Origin: an uncultured Desulfarculus sp.
Lineage (GTDB): Bacteria; Desulfobacterota; Desulfarculia; Desulfarculales; Desulfarculaceae
Assembly: GCA_963665125.2 (NCBI GenBank)
Contig: CAXXUK010000001.1
Span: 1,472,001-1,536,000 of the forward strand
Direction: 5' to 3'
Length of the DNA: 64,000 bases
Position 1 is the first letter of the stretch, and every line of letters starts with the position of its first letter. The notes below the pieces were generated by a model. That model made no database searches, had not been told where the DNA came from, and saw nothing but the letters and a program-made list of their open reading frames with translations. Positions 50,542 to 59,526 of the stretch are shown here, piece after piece. The position numbers and the translations under genes are program-made.

Positions 50542-50778
50542 TTATTCGCCGGTTTTTTCCTGAGCTTTTTCGTCGGTGTTTTCCTGCTCAGACGATTGGT
50601 CACCCTGCTGGGCCTGCTCGTCGGATCCGGATTGAGCCTGACCGTTATCCACGGTCTGCTCCTGCTGGGTATTGGCTTCCTGGTCATCAGCCGCGGAAAC
50701 CGTACCAACCGCCATGGACAGCACGAAGGCGGCGATCAAAGCCGTTAGGGCAATGGATTTGCCCAACCACTTTTTCAT
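50542..50778 (-). CDS. Small secreted acidic Gln/Glu-rich protein
   Basis: Signal peptide then low-complexity tail; RBS GGAG. Confidence 0.7.
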   Translation of the reverse strand: MKKWLGKSIALTALIAAFVLSMAVGTVSAADDQEANTQQEQTVDNGQAQSGSDEQAQQGDQSSEQENTDEKAQEKTGE

Positions 50779-50862
50779 ACTAACTCCAACAAATCGTTAA
50801 TAGTTATGCCCGAAGCCCCGGCCCCGGGCTGCGTCTGCAATCAGCAACGCGCGCACCTATAA

Positions 50863-50879
50863 TTCAAACTGCGTGCCAA
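50863..50879 (-). promoter_or_regulatory. Sigma-54-like promoter (GA at -12)
   Basis: Minus strand TTGGCACGCAGTTTGAA. Confidence 0.6.
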
Positions 50880-50933
50880 TAGGTATCATATTGTTATCAT
50901 TAATTATTTAAAAGACAGCGTATACGGGCACCA

Positions 50934-51080
50934 GAACAAAGAATTCCGATTTGACACCGGGTAGGGTTTAAGGCGTGGACTTGGCCGTATGGACAACCAT
51001 AACACATTGAAGATAAACGGAATTCGGCTTTCGGAACTCGCTATTCCGAATTACTTGACAATAAGAACTGGCGATTCCGA
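50934..51080. promoter_or_regulatory. Three candidate enhancer sites GAAC-N5-ATTCCGA
   Basis: Copies at 50934, 51034 and 51065. Confidence 0.6.
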
Positions 51081-52508
51081 TCAATCTTGGTTGGATGGAG
51101 CCTTGTAATCCTCTTTTTTTAGGCGGTGCTTTGCCATGAGCTTGTGAAGCTGACGCGTGCTGATGCCCGCCGCTACCGAAGTGTGATCGATACGACCGTT
51201 ATATAAGGAAAGCAATTCCTGCAGGTATTGACGCTCAATCAATTCGGCGCCTTTCTTGCGGACTTCGGCCAAAGTCGGGCCGTTTTCGTGGGGTTCGGCG
51301 GCTATTCTGGTTTCAAAGGCGAAAAACTCGCTGGGAAAGCCGTCCACGCCCAGCACCCGATCGGACTCCAGGATATATGCCCGCTCAATGAGGTTGTCCA
51401 ACTCCCTGACGTTTCCGGGCCAGCGGTATTCCATCAGGGCCTTGAGCACCTCTGGAGCGATCCGCTTGATATTCTTATGGTAATAAGTATTGAGCCTGTC
51501 GAGGAAGCTCTTGGCCAGCAGGGGTATATCTTCCTTCCTTTCGCGCAGCGGCGGCAGGTGCATGGGGAAAACGTTAAGCCGGTAATAAAGGTCATAGCGG
51601 AAAACGCCCTTACGGCAAAGCTCGTCCAGGTTTTCGTTTGTCGCGGCAATGATCCTGACGTCGGCGTCTATTTCCTTTACTCCGCCGACCCGATGAAAGG
51701 TGCGGTCCTGCAGCACTTGCAACAGCTTGATTTGGGTCGAAGGGGTGAGCGTACCCACCTCGTCCAGAAAAATCGTCCCTCCTCCGGCCACCTCGAATTT
51801 ACCCGGCTTCGTGTTTGTGGCGCCGGTAAAGGCGCCCTTTTCGTGACCGAACAACTCGCTTTCGACAAGGTTTTCCGGGATGGCCCCGCAATGCACGGTG
51901 ATGAAGGCGTTGTCCTTACGGCCGCTGGCCTGATGAATCTGCTTGGCCAGATAGCTCTTTCCCGTACCGGTTTCGCCGCTGATCAGCAAGGTCGTCATGG
52001 TGGGGGCCACCTTGAGGACCTGATGCATAAGGCGGCGCATCTTGGGACTGTTCACACCGGCGCCCTGTTCCACGTCTTCGCGCCAGGCGTAGTCCCTCAG
52101 GTAATCCAGTTCCGACTGCCTGAGGCTGGCTTCGGTCAGATCATCTATGACAAGCTTGATTTCTTCCGGGTCCAGGGGATAGGTCAGGTAGTTTGTTGCG
52201 CCGGCCTTGACCAGCGATACCAAGGGCCTTGTCTGCTCGATCGGACCCATGACGACAATATCGGCGTTGGGAAAAATCTCCCACATCTGATGCAGAGTCT
52301 TACCATTGCCGGCTGACGACACCAGTTCGCTGATATCCAGGAAGTCCGCAAAAACCACATCCACATATGGGTATACGCTTTGGTTGGCGGAAGGGTCATT
52401 TTCGTGGCCCGCGCCTAATACGGAGACCTCGAACCCCGGCGAAGGGAGGCTTTTTTTTATGATCTCTATTGCCGAAGAGTTCCGGCAGACGACCATTATG
52501 TGCTGCAT
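51081..52508 (-). CDS. Sigma-54-dependent regulator with atypical receiver domain
   Basis: GETGTGKS, GAFTGA, WPGNVREL; receiver lacks the usual acidic pair; start at MQHIM. Confidence 0.92.
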   Translation of the reverse strand: MQHIMVVCRNSSAIEIIKKSLPSPGFEVSVLGAGHENDPSANQSVYPYVDVVFADFLDISELVSSAGNGKTLHQMWEIFPNADIVVMGPIEQTRPLVSLVKAGATNYLTYPLDPEEIKLVIDDLTEASLRQSELDYLRDYAWREDVEQGAGVNSPKMRRLMHQVLKVAPTMTTLLISGETGTGKSYLAKQIHQASGRKDNAFITVHCGAIPENLVESELFGHEKGAFTGATNTKPGKFEVAGGGTIFLDEVGTLTPSTQIKLLQVLQDRTFHRVGGVKEIDADVRIIAATNENLDELCRKGVFRYDLYYRLNVFPMHLPPLRERKEDIPLLAKSFLDRLNTYYHKNIKRIAPEVLKALMEYRWPGNVRELDNLIERAYILESDRVLGVDGFPSEFFAFETRIAAEPHENGPTLAEVRKKGAELIERQYLQELLSLYNGRIDHTSVAAGISTRQLHKLMAKHRLKKEDYKAPSNQD

Positions 52509-52969
52509 AAGGTTAAACCAGTAAATGTTTGGCCGAATTATATGCCAAGTTTTCGCCAGGGCATCAGAAATTTGCACTCATTTTAGTGCAATAGGCACGA
52601 GCTTGGGAGGGCAAGGCGATTTAACGCGACAACTTGTTATTATTGAGCAAAGTACGACATTGCCGCCTTTGGTTGACTTCAAGAAATACTGGTTGATAAT
52701 ATCATTTATATGCCGACACAGGCACGTATTGCGCTGAATTGCATCACTTCTTTGCATCCACACGCCTCGATTTGCGGGGCAGCCGCATTCATGGTCATTT
52801 TGGTATAGGGCAAAAACCCAAACGCCGAGCCCTCTTGCAGAACACGTTGAAGCGGACGAACCGTATTTTTTAAGTCAGAAAAGCACTGCCGGTTTCGTCA
52901 AAACCTGAAAAAGTATATCGCCCTGCCACGCGATAGGCCTGCAACTCCACCACTTCAAGGAGTCGCTCC

Positions 52970-55900
52970 ATGCGATGCAGATCCAACCCATACCGATTAT
53001 TGCTGACCGGCCTGTCCTTGTGTCTGGCCTTATGCCTGGCGTCGCTTGCACACGCCGATGACAGGCCCCCCCAGGAAAATTTTGAAGCCCTGGAAAGAGG
53101 CGTTTCCGCATTCGAGGACCGTATCACCGCCTACCGGCTTAAAGAGGCGGAGATGGTGTTTAATCTATCGGCTGGCAAACGAGCAGAGGCCAAAGTGCTG
53201 GCCGATACTGACCTAAGGGCCAGCGGTGTTTTAGACTGGATGGTCGCAGGCACTATAGGCCGGGCCCAAGATACGGCAAAAAAGCTACCCGGCCTCGCTG
53301 AAAAACTGCAACAAGCCGTCAAGGCCTGGTCCGAGGAAGTGGAGCAGGCCCGAACGATTCAAGAAGACATCTGCGCCAATGCAAAAAAGATCAACGGATC
53401 TCCAGCGCCGTCAGCCAGCGACATATCCCAATGGATCAATCAAGCCGACCGCAGTATTGACTCGAGCCATGCCAGCTTGCAGTCCAAACGCTCGGCTCTC
53501 AACACGGCATGGAACGCTTTGGACGATTCCACGCAAAGGTTGATCGGCCTGTGGAGCGGCATAGAACATTTGCTAGCCAGGGCGCCCGCCGTACAGGCAG
53601 CCTATCGGCGTCTGGAAGAACACGCCACGTCCTTGAAAGCGGCACAAAAGGACTTGGCCAAGGCCCGGGAGCAACGCGGGGAGTTGGTAACGGAACTCAA
53701 ACAATTACGCGCCGACTCTGTTTATTTGCGCGGCCAATTGCAACATTTGCGGTTACTAAACCAATCATCGCCCCAATTGGTCAAGCAGATTGACGATGCG
53801 CTTAAAAGAATGAAATCGGCATCTCTACCCGAAGAGCCGCAGGCCATTTATGGTATCAGCTCTGAATCAGAAAAAATAATCCGCCAATCCGAGCAGGTAA
53901 ATGCCCAGATCGTAACCGAGGCGTTGGATTCAGCCCGTTCACTGACTCCCGAATTGAAACCCGCCATATCGTCGGCCCAGGCGGCCCTGAAACAGGCAGC
54001 CGGCGCCCAGGCCGGGTTCGGAGGTTTTCGCAAGGGCCGCGATTGTCTGGCCGTATTGCGCAAGGCCGCTCCGGGAGGTGACAGCCAGGATCCGGCCCTG
54101 GCTGAAACGGATGCCTTGCAAAACCGGCTGGAAGACGCCCAGCGGCGAAGCATGCTGCTTGCGCACAGGGTCAGTGAAGTCAGCGAGCGGATCAATGACT
54201 ACCAGCGAACTGTCGATACGGCCAAGTTGAAGTATGACACCCTTGTGACATTGCGCGCCATGCTTCAGCCGCGCTTCGGAGGCCTTGATCCCAACACGCT
54301 GATCGGAGAATTGGAGTCATCTTCAACCAACCTGACCCAACAGACCGAGTTGTTTAAAGAGAAGGCCCAACTGTTGGAAGATGCGACGGATAATGCAAAA
54401 GAGGCAAAACAGCAGGCCTGTGACCGCGCGGAAAAGGCAAAATCAGCGAACCCTCCCAGCGCCTCCCAGGTGGCGAGTTGGCACCAGCAGTCCCGAGACA
54501 GGGCTATTCAGGTTACGCAAGAGGTGAAAAACGCCCGTGACCAAGTCTTGGAGCAATCCAAAATCCTGGGCCAGGCAATCGACGAAACCACCGAGATCAA
54601 GGATGGCTTGACCAAAATGAAGGAGGATATACACATTTGGTCCAAGGCCCATGAACAAATCGGCATGGAACTGCCTGGGGTGCTCGAGACCTTGCAAAAT
54701 GCCGACTCGCTTATGCCGGATATTGAAAAAGAGGCCCGGGCAACGCTAGCCCAAAAGCAGACGATCTTGGAGGAGCTTAAAGCAATCCAGGCAGCCTCGT
54801 CCGAGCTTGGCGCCAAGACAACAGACCCGGACATACAGGCCGATTTGGCGAATATCCGGAAAATGGCCGAGAGATTGATCATTCGTTGCAGTGACAACCA
54901 GGTACCAGGCTGGCGTAAAGGACACGGAATCAATCTCGAGAGCATCCCCAAAAATATCAAAGCCGCAAATGATATCGTCGGCACCACCAAGCGTCATATC
55001 AGTTTTTGTGAAGGGGCCGTAAAACAGGCCGAACCGGTACTGGAGCAGGCGCGCACCGCGCGTTTCGGGGCGGGATTGGCCGCCGGAGCCGCCGGGAATT
55101 ACATGATAGAGGCCAACAGCTGCGTGGCCGTCCTGGCCCGGAGCCCCGAAGCCGCCCAACCCACCGATGATGCTTCCGTACGCCAGGCCCTGGACAAATG
55201 CGACTTCGGCCGGGCCGAGTCCTTGATCAACGCCATTCCCTACAACCAAACCAGGGACGACCTGTACCAACAACTCACCGACTACAAAACCCAAGACACC
55301 GATGCCAAATCAAAGTTTGCCCAGGCCCGCGCCCTTTACGATGACTGTAAATACAACCGGTCAATACAGATTTTGGACCAGGCCGGTCAAAGTGCAAGGT
55401 GCGCGGACACAAAGCAGGCCATTGACGACCTGAAGCGAAGCGCCGTGGCCGACGGAAGGATTTTTGAGCAGGCCAAGCTCCTTGTGGGCCGCCAGGCCAA
55501 GGACAAATTCAAGGCCTGCGAGCTCCAGCAATCCATGGATCTGTTGGTCCAGGCCCTGGGTATGGTCAAGTGTGAAAATCACAAGAAAGAAATCAACAAA
55601 AGTATCGCCCGGGTTAAAGCTGCCCAAGAGGCCGAAGCCAAGCTTCTTCCGCTGTTGGAGCAGGCCAAGGCTCAGTACCTTGACTGCAATTATCAAAAAT
55701 CAATTGAGACCCTCCAACAGGCCAGGCAGTTTGCCAAATGCGACGCCTATGAAGAAAAGGTCGACAGGATGGGGCGCAAGGCTACGGCCAAACAAACCCA
55801 CGAAGAGACCACCATTGATTTGTTTACAAAAGCTAAAAAGCTGATGGGTGACGGCAAGTACGCCGAGGCAAAGGGCTACCTGCAAAGGGCCAAGACCCAC

Positions 55901-56674
55901 ACCAAGTGTTCGAAATATGAAGATGACCTTACAAGATGGATCGCCAAGGCCGACGCAGGAATCACTAGTGGCGGCAGCGGTGATGGCGGCGGCAGCGGCA
56001 TTAGTGGCGGCAGCGGCACCAGCGGCGGCAGCGGCACCAGCGGCGGCAGCGGCGATGGCCAAGGACCGCCTACCCAGGGGCAGCCAAGGTCTTGTCAGGA
56101 ATACGAACAAAAAATCCAGGCCCAAGCGGACAAGATGCTCGGCCTTTACGACAATTTTGCCACATTGACTGAAAGTCGAGCCGACCGCTCCGAGACGGGA
56201 CCAGCCGCCTGCGCGGTTTCGGATGCATACGCGTTGCTGGTAGCAATGCGAAAGGACGCACGCAATCGGCTTGGCTGTCGTTCAGCGGTCAAGTCTCCTT
56301 TATCGATAGGTAATTATGACGTAGTCGGTCTGCGTTGTTGGAGGTGGCGGCAGGATCAAAATTCAGGCGGTGGCTCGAATTCCCGGCAAACCGCCTGCGA
56401 TAAATGGAAAAGCAAGGTTGAAGCGGCCGAGGCGGTCCTAAAAGATAAAAGCGATGCTTATGTTCGCGCGCACCACGAACGTAAAAGGCTCGGCACGCCG
56501 GAGTCGTTTACAAACGTCAAGCTGGCCGTCTGCGAAAAATACCGGGCCGATGTCAAGCTGTTCAGACTGGTGACCGGGGCAAAATCAGCCGGATGTAGCG
56601 TCAGCGACAAATCATCGGCCAACTTCCGCAGGTTGGCCACCGAGCCGAGATGGGGCTGGCAATGCACTGAGTAG
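52970..56674 (+). CDS. Large secreted helical repeat protein (1234 aa)
   Basis: RBS AAGGAG, signal peptide (AHA-DD), coiled-coil duplication, Cys-paired TPR-like repeats, Gly/Ser linker. Confidence 0.88.
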   Translation: MRCRSNPYRLLLTGLSLCLALCLASLAHADDRPPQENFEALERGVSAFEDRITAYRLKEAEMVFNLSAGKRAEAKVLADTDLRASGVLDWMVAGTIGRAQDTAKKLPGLAEKLQQAVKAWSEEVEQARTIQEDICANAKKINGSPAPSASDISQWINQADRSIDSSHASLQSKRSALNTAWNALDDSTQRLIGLWSGIEHLLARAPAVQAAYRRLEEHATSLKAAQKDLAKAREQRGELVTELKQLRADSVYLRGQLQHLRLLNQSSPQLVKQIDDALKRMKSASLPEEPQAIYGISSESEKIIRQSEQVNAQIVTEALDSARSLTPELKPAISSAQAALKQAAGAQAGFGGFRKGRDCLAVLRKAAPGGDSQDPALAETDALQNRLEDAQRRSMLLAHRVSEVSERINDYQRTVDTAKLKYDTLVTLRAMLQPRFGGLDPNTLIGELESSSTNLTQQTELFKEKAQLLEDATDNAKEAKQQACDRAEKAKSANPPSASQVASWHQQSRDRAIQVTQEVKNARDQVLEQSKILGQAIDETTEIKDGLTKMKEDIHIWSKAHEQIGMELPGVLETLQNADSLMPDIEKEARATLAQKQTILEELKAIQAASSELGAKTTDPDIQADLANIRKMAERLIIRCSDNQVPGWRKGHGINLESIPKNIKAANDIVGTTKRHISFCEGAVKQAEPVLEQARTARFGAGLAAGAAGNYMIEANSCVAVLARSPEAAQPTDDASVRQALDKCDFGRAESLINAIPYNQTRDDLYQQLTDYKTQDTDAKSKFAQARALYDDCKYNRSIQILDQAGQSARCADTKQAIDDLKRSAVADGRIFEQAKLLVGRQAKDKFKACELQQSMDLLVQALGMVKCENHKKEINKSIARVKAAQEAEAKLLPLLEQAKAQYLDCNYQKSIETLQQARQFAKCDAYEEKVDRMGRKATAKQTHEETTIDLFTKAKKLMGDGKYAEAKGYLQRAKTHTKCSKYEDDLTRWIAKADAGITSGGSGDGGGSGISGGSGTSGGSGTSGGSGDGQGPPTQGQPRSCQEYEQKIQAQADKMLGLYDNFATLTESRADRSETGPAACAVSDAYALLVAMRKDARNRLGCRSAVKSPLSIGNYDVVGLRCWRWRQDQNSGGGSNSRQTACDKWKSKVEAAEAVLKDKSDAYVRAHHERKRLGTPESFTNVKLAVCEKYRADVKLFRLVTGAKSAGCSVSDKSSANFRRLATEPRWGWQCTE
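55967..56059 (+). repeat. 18-bp tandem repeat encoding an SGGSGT-type linker
   Basis: About 5 copies of AGCGGCGGCAGCGGCACC variants. Confidence 0.85.
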
Positions 56675-56679
56675 CACAG

Positions 56680-56718
56680 AAAAAATGGCGGCCCGAACCA
56701 TGTTGGCGGGCCGCCGTT
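56680..56718. terminator. Hairpin terminator between convergent genes
   Basis: AAAAAATGGCGGCCCG...CGGGCCGCCGTT. Confidence 0.65.
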
Positions 56719-56752
56719 GCAGATATTCGAATATGCAGTTTCTGTGTTTTCT

Positions 56753-58447
56753 TTAAAAAATGCCAGGCACTATCCAATAGGCCAGAAGCAGGCCCACGCT
56801 GCCGACAACAGCGGCATAGAACATCAGCGGCAAGACGTTGCGCTTGATGATCAGGCCCTCGACTCCCTTTAGGCCCACCGTGGCTGACACGGCCACGATG
56901 TTGTGGATGCATACCATGTTGCCCATTGCCCCGCCCACGGCCTGAAGGGCCACGATGATCTGGTGCGGCAGGCCCAACTGGCCGGCCACGTCATACTGAA
57001 ACAGGCCGAACATCAGGTTTGAGACCGTGTTGCTGCCGGAGATGAACGATCCCAGGGCCCCCACCAGTGGCGCGAACAACGGCCAGGTGCCCCCGGCCAA
57101 ATCGGCCGCGGCATGGGCCATGCTCAGGGGCATGGACGGCAGGTTGCCGGGGTTGCCGGCTGATTGCTTGAATATCTCCACCAGGGCCACGGCGAAAAGC
57201 ATGGCAATGGTGGGGTTCTTCATCCGCAGGAACGAGTCTTTCCAGGCCATCTTTACCTGATGGGCCCGCATTCGGTGGATGAATATGGTCAACAGGGCCA
57301 CCAGAATGAAGGGGATGACGCCGGGCAGGTAGAGGATCTTTACGCCGAATCCCACGCCCTGCTGGCCCATGATGTCTTTCCAGCCTAAGCTGATGGACGC
57401 CAGCCAGGCTTTTAGGGGCAAAAAGTCCAGACGGGTGATCACCAGAATAGCCCCGATGAGCAGATACGGCGTCCAGGCCTGCAAGACCGTCAGGGGACGT
57501 TGGCGCTCCACCGGCCCGGCGGGAGGTATCTCGCCGCTCCAGTCCGGCTCCCACTGAGCCCTTGGCCCGAACTCCCAGGCATCCTTGGGTACTAAAAGCC
57601 CCTTCTTGGCCGCCGGAACCACAATGGCCAGCGATATCAATCCGCCCAACAACGACGGGAAATCCTCGCCCAGAGTCAGCGCCGTGAACACATACGGCAC
57701 GGTAAAACAGGCCGAGGCGAACAGGCTGAATTTCCAGGCCCCGAAGCCCTCTTTCCAGGATCGGTTCTTGCCGAAAAAGCGAGTCATCATGGCCAGGATG
57801 AACAGCGGCAGCAAAAAGACCATGGCCAGGTGGATTATCGCCGACCAGCCGCCCACGTCCGACAGAAACTGGGCCATGCTCTGGATATCGCCGGCCTTGC
57901 CCGCGGCGATGGCCTGTTCGACCTGCGCGCTCAAGGGTTTGAGGCCGAACCACACCGGCGTGCCCACCGCGCCGAAGGTCACCGGAAAGCTGTTGGCCAC
58001 CAGGCAAATCATGGCCGCGGCCAAGGCCGGAAAACCCAGGGTCATCATCAGCGGCGCGCAGATTGCCGCCGGCGTGCCGAAACCGGCCGCGCCTTCCAAA
58101 AAGGCGTTGAACAATACGCCGATGATGACGGCCTGGACCCGGCGGTCGGCGCTGACGTCGTGAAACCACTTGTTAATGGTCGTGGCCCCTCCGCTGTCGC
58201 GCAGGGTGTACAACACCGCCAACGCCCCGAAGACGATAATCAGCACGTTCAGGGCGTTGCCGAATCCAGCGATGGTCGAGGCGGCCAATAGGGCCACGGG
58301 CATGTCCCAGGCCCACCAGCCCAACACGGCGCATAAAAGCCAGGCCAGGGGCATGGCCCGCGTGGCAGGCTGACGCATGCCGACCATCATGACCAAAGCG
58401 GCTGCGATTGGCGCGAGGGCCAACAAGGCCAAAACGGGAACCGTCAT
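56753..58447 (-). CDS. lctP: L-lactate permease
   Basis: FLEGAAGFGTPAA, FGAVGTP, GSFISGSNTVSNLMF, GNMVCIHNIVA. Confidence 0.93.
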   Translation of the reverse strand: MTVPVLALLALAPIAAALVMMVGMRQPATRAMPLAWLLCAVLGWWAWDMPVALLAASTIAGFGNALNVLIIVFGALAVLYTLRDSGGATTINKWFHDVSADRRVQAVIIGVLFNAFLEGAAGFGTPAAICAPLMMTLGFPALAAAMICLVANSFPVTFGAVGTPVWFGLKPLSAQVEQAIAAGKAGDIQSMAQFLSDVGGWSAIIHLAMVFLLPLFILAMMTRFFGKNRSWKEGFGAWKFSLFASACFTVPYVFTALTLGEDFPSLLGGLISLAIVVPAAKKGLLVPKDAWEFGPRAQWEPDWSGEIPPAGPVERQRPLTVLQAWTPYLLIGAILVITRLDFLPLKAWLASISLGWKDIMGQQGVGFGVKILYLPGVIPFILVALLTIFIHRMRAHQVKMAWKDSFLRMKNPTIAMLFAVALVEIFKQSAGNPGNLPSMPLSMAHAAADLAGGTWPLFAPLVGALGSFISGSNTVSNLMFGLFQYDVAGQLGLPHQIIVALQAVGGAMGNMVCIHNIVAVSATVGLKGVEGLIIKRNVLPLMFYAAVVGSVGLLLAYWIVPGIF

Positions 58448-58513
58448 TTATTCCTCCCCTGCATACCCGGTCAGGTTATCCGCCCCCAATCCCTTTATGC
58501 AAGGGGCAGGGAA

Positions 58514-58708
58514 TCATCCATCCACGGCATAAAGGATCAGGCCCAGTTTTTTCTCCAATTCATGGACCTGGGCCACTTCTTCCGAGGACAAAATGGCCGG
58601 GTTGGCATCGGCGCAGGTATAGGCCAACAAGACCTTGCCCATTTTCTTTTCCATGGCCTGTACTTCTTCGAGCTTACTCTTGTCGATATTGGCGAAAGAA
58701 CAAATCAT
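58514..58708 (-). CDS. Small hypothetical protein with internal duplication
   Basis: EEVQAMEKKMGKVLLAY / AQVHELEKKLGLILYAV. Confidence 0.75.
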   Translation of the reverse strand: MICSFANIDKSKLEEVQAMEKKMGKVLLAYTCADANPAILSSEEVAQVHELEKKLGLILYAVDG

Positions 58709-58837
58709 GACATCTACCCCTTGTTAATTATTGACATGTTCCAACACCTATATATTGTGAGGTAATTCGTTGTAGGATTTCAGTTTTTTTAGCGGTCCCG
58801 GCCTTTTTTCCATCAAGGCGCACACCAAGGAGGCTCC

Positions 58838-59344
58838 ATGCCCGGCAGCATCGAGGCACTTATAAAAACCGCCCTGGGCAACGGCGCCGACGCGGCCAGG
58901 CCTTTGGCGGTCAGCGAATTCGTTTACGACCCCAGGGCGGAACTCAAATGCCGCTTCGGCTGCGACCGTTGGGGCAAATACTGGACCTGTCCGCCCCATC
59001 TGGGATTTGACCGCGTTTTTCTGCGCCAGGCCATAAGCAAATACGAAAACGCCCTGATCCTGCGCTCGCCGGATCGTCTATCGGGCCAGAACGCCGCCCT
59101 GGCCGTGGAAAAAACGGCCATGATCAGCCACGGCATGTCCATGGCTCTGGCCTTGGCCCTGTGCGTCAAGTGCGACCCATGCGCCTACCCCGAGCCCTGC
59201 ATCCACCCGGAAGCCGCCCGCCCCGCATTGGACGGCTTGGGATATGACGTGATCAAGACCGTGGCCAAGGCCGGCTTCGAGGTCAAATTCAATGAAGACG
59301 GTTCATTCGTTCCGGCCTGGTTTACGGCCGTTGTTTTGGACTGA
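58838..59344 (+). CDS. DUF2284-like Cys-rich metal-binding protein
   Basis: KCRFGC..WG..WTCPP, C.KC..C...C.HP..ARPA. Confidence 0.85.
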   Translation: MPGSIEALIKTALGNGADAARPLAVSEFVYDPRAELKCRFGCDRWGKYWTCPPHLGFDRVFLRQAISKYENALILRSPDRLSGQNAALAVEKTAMISHGMSMALALALCVKCDPCAYPEPCIHPEAARPALDGLGYDVIKTVAKAGFEVKFNEDGSFVPAWFTAVVLD

Positions 59345-59441
59345 CGCCTTAGCGGAAGCTATTACAAACAGTTACAATTGATTTTCCCGTGACTGGCCAG
59401 TCAGACCCCAAAAATACTTAAGTGCTCTGGACCATTAGATA

Positions 59442-59470
59442 TTGACAGGGCACACTGCCTAGATTATAGA
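59442..59470 (+). promoter_or_regulatory. Sigma-70 promoter
   Basis: TTGACA-N17-TATAGA. Confidence 0.6.
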
Positions 59471-59526
59471 TTTTGATTCAGCACTGTTAATCACCATAAA
59501 CACCGTTTCAGGCAGTGGGGTAAAAT

